Positions 41,029-50,692 of a stretch of 64,000 bases of DNA are shown piece by piece. The notes beneath the pieces are model-generated. The model searched no databases and was not told where the DNA came from. It saw only the letters and a program-made list of their open reading frames with translations. Both the position numbers and the translations under genes were made by a program. Numbering within the stretch: the first letter of the stretch is position 1; every line of letters begins with the position of its first letter. This DNA is from Opitutales bacterium (GTDB taxonomy: Bacteria; Verrucomicrobiota; Verrucomicrobiia; Opitutales; UBA953), in contig JAFSAO010000020.1 of NCBI GenBank assembly GCA_017440935.1, positions 13,955-77,954 on the forward strand. The letters are read 5' to 3'.

Positions 41029-42534
41029 TCAATACTTGTCAGCATCGGACCTTCTGCCGCGCTTTGCCCGATAGCCTTCGGTGATACTCGGATCCTGAAG
41101 AATTTTGCGGTGAAGCGTGCGGCGGGAAATGCCGAGATATTCCGCCGCGGCGGAGCGGTTCCCGCGCGCCTGAATGAGGGCTTCGCGAATGAGGCGTTTT
41201 TCGTTTTCCTTTTTGGAAAGCGCACGTTTGCGGACCTGTTTGATTTTTTCAAACTGCGTTTCGCGGTCTTTTTTGATGACCTTGCGCAATTCGCGTTCGG
41301 AAAGCGGCTTGCCTTCGCTGTCCACACCGGAATGGGCGGGAAGCGGCATCATCGGTTCACTGCGTTTGCGCAGGAAGCGCGGATCGAGGTCGAATTCGCC
41401 GACTTCGGCACCGGGGTGCATGACGACCAGATTTTCGCAGAGATTGCGCAATTCGCGAATATTTCCCGGCCAGAAGTATTTTTTCAAAATATCAATGGCG
41501 CTTTTAGTGATTTTCGGCGCCTTGAGTGCATTTTCTGCGGCGAATTTGCGGATATAGTGTTCGATGAGAACGGGAATATCCGCGGCGCGTTCCCGCAAGG
41601 GCGGGAGAATGAGAGCGACGACGGAAAGGCGGTAGTAAAGATCTTCGCGGAATTTGCCTTCGGCGACCATTGTCGCGAGGTCGCGATTGGTCGCGCAAAC
41701 GAGACGGACGTCAAGTTGGATTTGTTTCTGCGAGCCGAGACGTTCAATCGTGTGTGTTTCGAGAAAGCGGAGAAGTTTTACCTGTGTGGCGAGGTCGATT
41801 TCGCCGATTTCGTCGAGAAACAGCGTGCCGCCGTTGGCGGATTCAAAGCGACCGATACGGCGTTCGTTGGCTCCGGTGAATGCGCCTTTTTCATGCCCGA
41901 AAATTTCGCTTTCCAGCAACGTTGTCGCAATCGCGGCGCAATGCACGGGAACGAACGGTCCTTTGGCGCGCGGGCTGTTTTGGTGAATGAGTTGGGCGAA
42001 AAGTTCCTTGCCTGTTCCCGTTTCGCCGAGCAGAAGCACGGTGGCTTTGGAGGCGGCTACGCGCTTGGCTTTATCCACGCAGGAAATCAGTGCGTCGCTC
42101 TTGCCGATGAGACCTTGGAAGCTGAATTTGTTGTCCAAACGCACGCGCATAGCGTGGTTTTCTTTTTCCGTGGCTCGGCTTTTGAGGGCACGCTGAATGA
42201 CAATTTCGAGTTTTTCGATATTTAGCGGTTTGGTGAGAAAATCGTAAGCGCCGCGGCGCATCGCCTCAACGGCGGTTTCGACGTTCCCGTAGGCCGTCAT
42301 CATGATGCAAACGGGCTTTTGCGGGAGCGCCAAGGCTTTATCAATGACGGAGAGTCCGGATTGTCCTGCCATGCGCAAGTCCGTAATAATGACATCAAAA
42401 TTTTCAACGTCCATCAGGCGGAACGCTTCGTCGGCATTGCTCGCCGTGGAAATCTCGTATTGTTCTTCGAGCGTGGCGGCAAGCCCTTCGCGGGTGTTTT
42501 TCTCGTCGTCGACTATAAGAATCTGCGGCTTCAT
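41029..42534 (-). CDS. Sigma-54-dependent response regulator (NtrC family)
   Basis: Receiver ILIVDDE...TDLRM, AAA+ GETGTGKE and GAFTGA, WPGNIREL, Fis-type HTH GNRSAAAEYLGISRRTLHRK. Confidence 0.93.
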   Translation of the reverse strand: MKPQILIVDDEKNTREGLAATLEEQYEISTASNADEAFRLMDVENFDVIITDLRMAGQSGLSVIDKALALPQKPVCIMMTAYGNVETAVEAMRRGAYDFLTKPLNIEKLEIVIQRALKSRATEKENHAMRVRLDNKFSFQGLIGKSDALISCVDKAKRVAASKATVLLLGETGTGKELFAQLIHQNSPRAKGPFVPVHCAAIATTLLESEIFGHEKGAFTGANERRIGRFESANGGTLFLDEIGEIDLATQVKLLRFLETHTIERLGSQKQIQLDVRLVCATNRDLATMVAEGKFREDLYYRLSVVALILPPLRERAADIPVLIEHYIRKFAAENALKAPKITKSAIDILKKYFWPGNIRELRNLCENLVVMHPGAEVGEFDLDPRFLRKRSEPMMPLPAHSGVDSEGKPLSERELRKVIKKDRETQFEKIKQVRKRALSKKENEKRLIREALIQARGNRSAAAEYLGISRRTLHRKILQDPSITEGYRAKRGRRSDADKY

Positions 42535-42781
42535 GTTATAACTACTGAATTAATCGTAAAATACTGTCACAGTCTAAGTGTTTGTTGCTTTTATTTAAGC
42601 GTCTTGCGACACAAAAATCGCGCGGCATTACACACGGAACGATTTGATTTTACAAGTGAAAATCGTTTTTGCGGGAACGACGAATTTGAGCTTCCGTTTT
42701 TCCTCGCGTTTCTTTCCTTCGTTTTGCCGAAAAGTATCGAAAACGTCGCAGAACCCGCCTATGCTCGACGAGTTAAGAAAA

Positions 42782-45343
42782 ATGAACAATTTACTCCGCA
42801 ATCTTTCTTTTTTGGCAATCGGCTTTCTTATTTCCGGCGGGACTCTCGCCTACGGGAACGAAAAGAAATCCCGCAACGTGAGTATTGAAACGATTCAGGA
42901 CCTCAAACTTTCCGGCTACAACAAGGACGACGGCGGGGAATTGCAGTGGCGACTCGAAGCGGATTCCGCCGATACCGCCGGAGAAACAAAGTCCGCCGAC
43001 ATCAAAAAGGCGCTTTGGGATCTTCAGAATCTGCGCCTTTTTACGTTCGGAAAAGACGGGCGAGCCTTTGCAAAAATGACTAGCCCCAAGGGGCAATTCA
43101 GTCCGGAAAAACGCGAAGCGGACAGCGATTCCGAGGTCGAAGTGCGAGGCGATACGTTCACCGTGCGCGGGAAGGGCTGGTCGTGGAGCGGGCAGGGGCA
43201 CGATAACCTGATTCGCATTCACGCCGACGTGTTTGTCTCGCTCCCGCAGGAACATCTGACCGTGCGCGCGAAGCGTTTGACGATTAAGGGCACCGACGCC
43301 CGAACCGAACTGATGTTTTCCGGCGGCGTGGAAGTCGTTTACAACGAAATTTTCATGACTTGCGAAACGCTCGAAATCGTCGTTTCCGCCAGCGGAAACC
43401 GCGCGCGGGAACTCGGCGAAAATTCAGGCGAGAAGAAAAAAGATTGGCGCAACGCCGTTTCCCGCATCACCGGACGCGGCGAGGTCATCGTGCGCCGCGA
43501 AACGACGGTGCTTTCCGGCAATTCCGCCGAATTTTTACCGCAGGAAAACCTTTTCTATGTGCGCGGGAACGCGAAGTTGGACGACAGCGCAGGCGAAATT
43601 TCCGTGCGCGGGGACGAAGCTGTCGGAAAAATTGAAGAACACTTCATCGAAGTTACCGCCACACAACCGAACGCGGAGCTTCCGCAATCTCCGATTGCCG
43701 TTTCCGTGAAAATGCCGTCCTTGGTCGAGCGGCAAAAATCCGCCGTCGCGGGAACGCCGGATGCCGCGCGCTCCGTCGTTTCCGGAAAGCGCATGACGGT
43801 GAGCGTAACCGAGAAGGAAAACGTGATTTCGCTCTTCGGTGATGTGCGCGTCGCCGACAGCGACATTCGTATCGACGCGGATAAACTCGTCGTGACGACC
43901 GATCCGTCGGGCGAAAATGATTTGCTTGATATTTCCGACGAAAAAAGTGATTCGGTCTCCGTGCATTCCGCCGTCGCCGAAGGCAACGTTCGTGCGGATT
44001 ATTCCGGGCGCGTTCTTACTTGCGCCCGCGCCGACGTGTTCCCGCAGAAAAAACGCATTTTGCTGACGGGAACGCCGTGTGTTGATTCCCCGCAGGAAAA
44101 CTCCGCACTTTCCGGCGACCGCGTCGAAGTCTTTCTTGACCGCGACGTCATTGAAGTTTTCTCGGAAGAAACGGCGGATGCAAAGCGCAAGCGCGTCGAT
44201 GTCGAGCTTCCGGGTTTTTCCGAAATTTCGTCTTCCCGCGCCAAGGGTAAAAACATTCCGGCTGGCGCCGACAAAACAAAAATTTCCGGTGACCACCTTA
44301 CGCTTACGCGCAACGGCGGAGACAATTTGAGCACGTTTGATATTTTCGGAAACGTGGAAATGCATTCCGCCGAGCTCAGCGGAACCTGCGGACGCATTCT
44401 CGTTTTTGCGGACGCGTCGGCGCTGAATCGCGATAAAAATGCTAAGAAAACGGCATCGAAATCCGGAATTTCCCAAATTCGTAAAATCATTGCCGCCGGA
44501 GATGTCGCGCTCAAACAAAACGGCTACGAACTTACGGGCGGGCGCGCAACGATTACGCCCGCCGTCGAATTGAACGAATGGGTCGCTTCCGACCGCAGTG
44601 ACGAAGACGGCGAAATGCCGTGCTGGGTCGTTCTCGAGCCGGACGCGGACACGGGAACGCGCCCGCGCATTACGTTCCCGGGAGATGCGGACGGCTCGAA
44701 ACTTGCATTCGCGCTTCCGATGAAGCCCGAGGAAAAGAAAAAAGGCGTGCCCAAAGTCATTGTTCCGAAAAAAGACGAAGATTTGCCGCTCACGAAAAAG
44801 AAAAAAGCGGAACCGAAGCCCGTTGCCGTTCCCGCGAAAAAGTCGTATCTGGAAAGCGACGCGATGGAGCTCATTGCCGGAAAAGCGCGCGCGCGATTCT
44901 TCCTGCGCGGCGAAGTGATTTTGGCAACGGAAGGCGGCGCGCACGGGATGTGCGATCACGTCGAAGGGCTTTTGGCTCCGGTCGGCGACGGCAAGAAATT
45001 TGAAGCGAAAAAAGTGGTTTGTCGGGGCAAAGTTCGCCTCGTTCATGACGGTTCGGACGGCAAGGGCGATACCCTCGAAATTTTCCCGCCGGAAAATCGC
45101 GCCGTGCTCAGCGGAAACGCGGCGATTCGCGACAAAAGCGGCGTTTCCCTGCATCCCGGAAACGATCGTTTCGTGTTCGATCTCGAAAAACGCCAGCTCC
45201 TCACCGGCGCGGCGGCGGGAACGGGCGATAGCGTGCCGACGCAGGTTTCGCGTCCTCGCATCATTATTCCGAAGGGAAGTGACCGCGTTTTCGTGATTCC
45301 GAAATCCGTGCGCGGGAACGATTCCGACGACGAAAAGAAATGA
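42782..45343 (+). CDS. LptC-like domain fused to four LptA/OstA-like beta-jellyroll modules
   Basis: N-terminal signal or anchor; LptC-like WRLEADSA...DSEVEVRGDTFTVRGKGW; four repeats of (F/L)xGxV...xCD/ADxL...AxGxV...G..A. Start at 42782 (alternative 42761). Confidence 0.65.
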   Translation: MNNLLRNLSFLAIGFLISGGTLAYGNEKKSRNVSIETIQDLKLSGYNKDDGGELQWRLEADSADTAGETKSADIKKALWDLQNLRLFTFGKDGRAFAKMTSPKGQFSPEKREADSDSEVEVRGDTFTVRGKGWSWSGQGHDNLIRIHADVFVSLPQEHLTVRAKRLTIKGTDARTELMFSGGVEVVYNEIFMTCETLEIVVSASGNRARELGENSGEKKKDWRNAVSRITGRGEVIVRRETTVLSGNSAEFLPQENLFYVRGNAKLDDSAGEISVRGDEAVGKIEEHFIEVTATQPNAELPQSPIAVSVKMPSLVERQKSAVAGTPDAARSVVSGKRMTVSVTEKENVISLFGDVRVADSDIRIDADKLVVTTDPSGENDLLDISDEKSDSVSVHSAVAEGNVRADYSGRVLTCARADVFPQKKRILLTGTPCVDSPQENSALSGDRVEVFLDRDVIEVFSEETADAKRKRVDVELPGFSEISSSRAKGKNIPAGADKTKISGDHLTLTRNGGDNLSTFDIFGNVEMHSAELSGTCGRILVFADASALNRDKNAKKTASKSGISQIRKIIAAGDVALKQNGYELTGGRATITPAVELNEWVASDRSDEDGEMPCWVVLEPDADTGTRPRITFPGDADGSKLAFALPMKPEEKKKGVPKVIVPKKDEDLPLTKKKKAEPKPVAVPAKKSYLESDAMELIAGKARARFFLRGEVILATEGGAHGMCDHVEGLLAPVGDGKKFEAKKVVCRGKVRLVHDGSDGKGDTLEIFPPENRAVLSGNAAIRDKSGVSLHPGNDRFVFDLEKRQLLTGAAAGTGDSVPTQVSRPRIIIPKGSDRVFVIPKSVRGNDSDDEKK

Positions 45344-47967
45344 TAAAAAAGCGAAAAAAAGGTTGGATTGGTGCGGCGACGCTTTGTGCGCTTGCCGCTT
45401 CGTTTTGTAATGTTGCGGCGGCGGAGGAAAATTCCGCGCAAGCCGAAGAATTGAATCTTGCGGAGCTTTCCGGAATCCGTTTGCCGGATCCGTTTGAAAT
45501 TGAACCGCTGCGGGAACGCTTTCTCGCGCGCAACGGACGCGTTTTCGGGAAAATCTTCCTTTCGGCAACGCAAACGGACCCGGGCGATATGTCTGCCGCG
45601 TTCGATCTTTCTACATGGCTGACGCGCGTCGCGGGCGCTTCGGAAGAGGTTCCCGTGGAAATGGAAACGGAAAATCCGACCTCGCTCGCGGAGCTCCCAA
45701 CGGGAATTTACATCGGTAACACGCAGGCAGCGGAAAAACTCGGTATTTTCGCGCCTGTCGGAGATGGCGAAACCTACGTTATCGAAACGCGCGGGAACGC
45801 CGTTTTTATCGTCGGAAAAACGCCGATGGCGACGCGTATCGCCGTCGGGGAATTTTTGCGACAGGTGCTCGGTATTGAATTTGTTTGGCCCGGCGATAAC
45901 GGTGCGGAATGGTCGCCGCGCGACGAGATTCCGTTCCCGCGCGTGCGCATCGAGCACGTTCCCGCGTTTGCGTGGCGCCTTATCGGCACGCGCGACGCCG
46001 ATTGGAATATTCATCTCGGTTTCGGTGAACTTCCGCGCTATTCGCACAACCTCGGGAACATTTTTAATAAAGCGGTTTATGCGGAAAAACCGGTGCTCGC
46101 GCCCGAAGTTTTCGGAAAAAAATACACGGATTACACGGGTTATTACGCGCCGCAACCGAATTTGAAAAATCCCGCCGCCGTCGATGTCACGCTCGAGGCG
46201 GCGAAGGAATTTTTTGAAAAAAATCCCGATGCGCCGATGTTTGCGCTCGGTATTAACGACACGACGAATTGGGACGAGTCGCCCGAATCCGAAAAGGCTT
46301 ACGGCAGAATTTCATTTTACCGGAATCTGCCCGACCGCTCGAATTATTACTACGATTACGTCAATCGCGCGGCGGATGCCGTGCGCAGATTCAACGGAAA
46401 AAGCGTCGGTGCGATTGCCTATATGGACGTGCAAAATACGCCGTCGTTCCCGATGCGTAAAAACGTCGTTCCCGTGCTTTGCGCCGACCGCTCGATGTGG
46501 ATTTTCCCTGAATTTAAGGCGGACGACAAAGCGCTGATGCGCCGCTGGGCGCGTTCCGGCGTAGAAGCATGGGGCGTTTATGATTATTACTACGGCACGC
46601 CGTTTTTGTTCCCGCGGCTTTTTTTCAAGGAGCAGGCGGAGGCGATAAAATACGTTCACGCACTCGGCGGAAAAATTTTCTACGCGGAATGTGGTGCCGT
46701 GGTCGCGTTTGACGCGCCGAAAGTCTGGCTCGCGTCGCAACTTTTCCGCAATCCCGAGGCGGACCCCGACAAAATTCTTGTCGATTACTACGCGAAAACG
46801 TTCGGTTTGGCGGCGCCGGCGATGAAAAAATTTTACGATTTTTGCTGCGAAGTCTGGAAAAATCAGGGCGGGCAATGCCGCTGGATTAAAGGTTGGAACA
46901 ACGAAAACAGTATCGAGCTTTTTCCTCCGGAAAAATTGGCAAAGGCGAGGATTTTGCTGGATGCCGCGTTTGATGCGTTGCCGAAAATCGCCGACGAAAG
47001 CGCAATTTCGCCGCGGGAACGCCGTATTCGTTCCCGCCTGAACGAGGTTTCCGATGCGTTAACTCGTGCCGAAAAATTTTCGGAATCGTATTTCGCAAGA
47101 AAGGCACTTGCCATCGCTCCGGCGGATTCGTTTGAAAACGTGATTTCCATGTTGAAAAATCCCGCATGGCGGTATGAGGAGATTTACGATGACGCGGCAT
47201 TTTCCCGCCTGCCGCACCGCGCAAACATCGGCGCGTATTCGATTTCCGATCCGCGCCCGGCGGCGTTGCAACGTATTCGGGATTTTTTGAAAAAAACGGA
47301 AAATCCCGAAGAAAAAAAACAACTGAATCGCGCCTTGGAGCGTGTTTTTGACAGCGCCCAGCGTTCCCGTGCAGATCTTGAACCGGAAAACTCCGCCGTG
47401 CTTTCCGCCGTCGATAAGCGCCTGCGGTTAATACTCGAAAGCCTGCCTGCAGCTTCCGCCGAGCCGGGGGTGATTGAGACGTTTGAGCCCGATGATTTCG
47501 TTCCGTATGCTCCGGGCGATTGGCGTGCCGGAAAAAATCTTTCGCATCCGAAGGGTTGGCGTTGCATCGTCGCCGCCGCTGAAAAAACGGAAATTTCGCC
47601 TTCGCGAAAATCGCCGCACGGCGGGAACGCCGCGTTTCGCGTCGCGGGAGAATCCGAGCGCGTAGAGCTCGTGCGCACGTCGCACATTGTTCCCGGGAAA
47701 AAAGTGCTGGCGCAGGTTTGGGCGCGCGGGAACGTTTCCGTCGGGTCCGTTTCGTATATTTGTATCGATTTTCTGGATGCGCGCGGAAAGTCGATTTCGC
47801 ACACGATTGCATCTTTGCCCGTCGGCGAAACGAAGGATTGGATTAGGCTCGCCGCGCTCGACGAAGCCCCGGAGGGCGCGTGCTTTTCGCGGATAAGCCT
47901 CTATGTCGGCTTGCAGGGTCCGGGCGATGAATCGTTTTTCGATGACTTGACGGTTACCGTTTTTTAA
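45340..47967 (+). CDS. DUF4838-like exported protein with GH67/GH20-like N-domain and CBM-like C-domain
   Basis: Signal peptide; IYIG...ETYVI...FIVG...AVGEFLRQVLGIEFVWPG, YSHNL, FALGIND, WGVYDYY and the C-terminal WARG...FFDDLTV beta-sandwich pattern; ATGA overlap with the upstream gene. Confidence 0.65.
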   Translation: MIKKRKKGWIGAATLCALAASFCNVAAAEENSAQAEELNLAELSGIRLPDPFEIEPLRERFLARNGRVFGKIFLSATQTDPGDMSAAFDLSTWLTRVAGASEEVPVEMETENPTSLAELPTGIYIGNTQAAEKLGIFAPVGDGETYVIETRGNAVFIVGKTPMATRIAVGEFLRQVLGIEFVWPGDNGAEWSPRDEIPFPRVRIEHVPAFAWRLIGTRDADWNIHLGFGELPRYSHNLGNIFNKAVYAEKPVLAPEVFGKKYTDYTGYYAPQPNLKNPAAVDVTLEAAKEFFEKNPDAPMFALGINDTTNWDESPESEKAYGRISFYRNLPDRSNYYYDYVNRAADAVRRFNGKSVGAIAYMDVQNTPSFPMRKNVVPVLCADRSMWIFPEFKADDKALMRRWARSGVEAWGVYDYYYGTPFLFPRLFFKEQAEAIKYVHALGGKIFYAECGAVVAFDAPKVWLASQLFRNPEADPDKILVDYYAKTFGLAAPAMKKFYDFCCEVWKNQGGQCRWIKGWNNENSIELFPPEKLAKARILLDAAFDALPKIADESAISPRERRIRSRLNEVSDALTRAEKFSESYFARKALAIAPADSFENVISMLKNPAWRYEEIYDDAAFSRLPHRANIGAYSISDPRPAALQRIRDFLKKTENPEEKKQLNRALERVFDSAQRSRADLEPENSAVLSAVDKRLRLILESLPAASAEPGVIETFEPDDFVPYAPGDWRAGKNLSHPKGWRCIVAAAEKTEISPSRKSPHGGNAAFRVAGESERVELVRTSHIVPGKKVLAQVWARGNVSVGSVSYICIDFLDARGKSISHTIASLPVGETKDWIRLAALDEAPEGACFSRISLYVGLQGPGDESFFDDLTVTVF

Positions 47968-48014
47968 TCAAAAATTTCCTGCGTTTTAAATTTCCCCTCA
48001 AAAAAATAATCACT

Positions 48015-49745
48015 ATGAAAAACATAATCAAAACCCTCGTCGTTGCGACGTTTTCCTCCATCGCACTTGCGCCGTTTTCTGCGGCGGAACTCGAAAGATT
48101 TTTACCGGGCAAAACCCTTGCGCTGGCGAAAATCGAAAATATAGACAAACTCGAAAAACAATCCGAAACCAACCCGCTTGCGGCAGAATTTGACACCAAA
48201 ATTTTCACGCCGTTTTGGATGGAATTGAAGGCGGAGAATCCCGAAGATTCCGCGAAATTTTCCTCTACCTGCGCCGAGCTTTCCAAGATTTTTTCGGGCG
48301 AAGTTTTGTTCGCCGTGGTTGACGGCAAGGAATCTTGCCATCCGGTGATTCTCGCCGATTGCTCCGGCGTTGCCGATTTGGAAAAAATCACTGAAATTTA
48401 CAAAAAATCCTATCCGGACACTACGCTTGAAACTATCGGCGTTGCCGGCGTGGACGCGAAGAACGCTCCGAAAAACGGAGACTGCTTCACGGTGGTCGGG
48501 AAAACTTTTATCTTTTCGGACGACGTTTCCGTGCTCAAAAAATTCGTCAAAACGATTATGATCTCCTCGCACGTGAAGCAGAAAGCGAAGGGAAAATCGC
48601 TTGCGGATTCCGCCGAATTTAAAAAGGCGCGGGAACGCATCGGCAACGCGGATTTTTGGATTTATGCGGACGGCAAGACGATTGCGAAGAAAATTTACGC
48701 AGCCGCTGAGGAATTTGATAAGAAAGAGCTCGAAAAAGCTCAGGACAATCCGGGCGCGTTGATGTTTTCCGTACTGATGACTCCGGTCGCCAAAGCGTTT
48801 GCGCCGGAAGCCGTCAACTCGATTTGGAGCTCGGCGTCATTTACGGAGGACGGCATGGTTGCCGATTCCGCAATTTCGTGGAACGCGAACAAGGGAATCG
48901 TAACGCTTTGGACGGCGGCGATTAAAGACGGGTTTGAAAAACCGACGTTGTTCCCGCTGAGTGGTGAGCTCGCGAGTGTCTCTTCCTCGAATTTCTCCCT
49001 CGGGAAATTTTCCCTTCAACTCATGGCGCTGGCACGCGAAGCAACTCCGCTTTTCGGAATCGCCGAAATGCAAATGATGAATTTGAAAGCGGCGGAAAAT
49101 CTGGATGTTCCCGCGACGCTCGTTGCGCTCGACAACGGATTTTTCACCTATTCGCTTTCTGCGGAAAAACCGGAGGAAGCCGTTTGGGTTCAAAATGTTT
49201 CCGATGAAAAATCGGTCGGGTTCGCTCTTGAAAAAATCGCGGAAAAACTCGCACCGAACGTCTCTCTCGTCAAAGTCGCGGGAACGCCTGAGCGCTATAA
49301 CTTTGTCGTTGCGGAAGAAAACGTCCTCTCCGCCGTTTTCCTCAACGGAAAACTTTGTGTCGGAACGCCGGACATGCTTGAAAAAATCATCTCGCAGGCG
49401 GCGGAAGGCGCGGGCGCACCTTCCGTTTGGGACAATGCAAACATCAAAGCGGGCGAAGCACTCCTTCCCGCAGGCGGGTGCGGAATTTCTTACGCTCATC
49501 TCGGCAAGACGATTGCGGCGGCGCTTGCGGAAATTCAGGAATCGACGGCTTTGACTGCGCTCGACGCGGAAGCTGACGGCGAGCTCATTGTGGATGAAAC
49601 AGAAGGCGCAGCTGCCGATAATATCGGCGAGTTCTTCTCGAAATTCAAAGTGGAAAAGGGTGATTTCGATTATTCCGTGCTTTCCAAAAGCTATTTGGAA
49701 GAAAACGGAATTTCGGCAAAAACCGTCATTTACAAAAATAAGTAA
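48015..49745 (+). CDS. Exported hypothetical protein (possibly DUF3352-like)
   Basis: Signal peptide; FLPGKTLALAKI and repeated alpha/beta units. Family call is tentative. Confidence 0.55.
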   Translation: MKNIIKTLVVATFSSIALAPFSAAELERFLPGKTLALAKIENIDKLEKQSETNPLAAEFDTKIFTPFWMELKAENPEDSAKFSSTCAELSKIFSGEVLFAVVDGKESCHPVILADCSGVADLEKITEIYKKSYPDTTLETIGVAGVDAKNAPKNGDCFTVVGKTFIFSDDVSVLKKFVKTIMISSHVKQKAKGKSLADSAEFKKARERIGNADFWIYADGKTIAKKIYAAAEEFDKKELEKAQDNPGALMFSVLMTPVAKAFAPEAVNSIWSSASFTEDGMVADSAISWNANKGIVTLWTAAIKDGFEKPTLFPLSGELASVSSSNFSLGKFSLQLMALAREATPLFGIAEMQMMNLKAAENLDVPATLVALDNGFFTYSLSAEKPEEAVWVQNVSDEKSVGFALEKIAEKLAPNVSLVKVAGTPERYNFVVAEENVLSAVFLNGKLCVGTPDMLEKIISQAAEGAGAPSVWDNANIKAGEALLPAGGCGISYAHLGKTIAAALAEIQESTALTALDAEADGELIVDETEGAAADNIGEFFSKFKVEKGDFDYSVLSKSYLEENGISAKTVIYKNK

Positions 49746-49760
49746 AATTTTTGCGCGGGA

Positions 49761-50603
49761 ATGGCTTCGCCCATCGGAATTTTCGATTCCGGCTACGGCG
49801 GACTCACGATTTTTCAAAAAATCCGTGAGGCTCTTCCCGCGTATGATTTTCTTTATCTCGGCGACAACGCGCGTGCACCTTACGGAACGCGCTCGTTTGA
49901 AGTCGTTTACGAGTTTACGCGGACAGCCGTGGCGAAACTTTTCGCTTGCGGCTGTCCGCTCGTTATCCTCGCCTGCAACACGGCTTCGGCAAAAGCTCTG
50001 CGCACGCTTCAGCAGGACGATTTGCCGAAATCGGACGATCCCGCGCGGCGCATTCTCGGCGTGATTCGCCCGACCGTCGAAGCTGCGGACGCGCTCAGCC
50101 GCACGAAGCGCATCGGCGTGCTCGGGACGGAAGGCACGATAGCCTCGCGTTCCTATGAGTTGGAAATGGCGAAACTTTTTCCGCAAATTCGCGTGTTTTC
50201 CGAGGCTTGTCCGATGTGGGTGCCGCTCGTCGAAAACGGCGAAACGGGAACGCCCGCCGCAGATTTTTTCGTAAAGCGGCATTTGGAATCGCTTTTGGCG
50301 CAGGATGAAGAAATCGACACGCTGATTCTCGGTTGCACGCATTATCCGCTGTTGCTCCCGCAAATCCGCAAGTTTTTGCCGCCGAGCGTGAGTGTGTTCC
50401 CGCAGGGCGAGTGCGTTGCCGCGAGTTTAAAGGATTACCTTACGCGGCATCCGGAAATGGATGCGCGGCTTTCCCGTGGCGGGAACGCGCGTTTTCTCAC
50501 AACTGAAGCGGCGGAGCGTTTTTCGCGTGCCGCAGAGGTTTTTCTCGGCGGGAACGCCGAAATCGCCGCAGAGCACATCGAGTTGCGAGATGAGTGCTTC
50601 TGA
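49761..50603 (+). CDS. murI: Glutamate racemase
   Basis: IFDSGYGGLT, DNARAPYG, ACNTAS and LGCTHYP motifs. Confidence 0.96.
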   Translation: MASPIGIFDSGYGGLTIFQKIREALPAYDFLYLGDNARAPYGTRSFEVVYEFTRTAVAKLFACGCPLVILACNTASAKALRTLQQDDLPKSDDPARRILGVIRPTVEAADALSRTKRIGVLGTEGTIASRSYELEMAKLFPQIRVFSEACPMWVPLVENGETGTPAADFFVKRHLESLLAQDEEIDTLILGCTHYPLLLPQIRKFLPPSVSVFPQGECVAASLKDYLTRHPEMDARLSRGGNARFLTTEAAERFSRAAEVFLGGNAEIAAEHIELRDECF

Positions 50604-50692
50604 GTGAGGAAGATTTTACATTTTTGTAAAATTTTTCTTTACAACTCGGGGCATTGAAAAGAACCTATACGGTAGTTTTTTCAATATAAACC

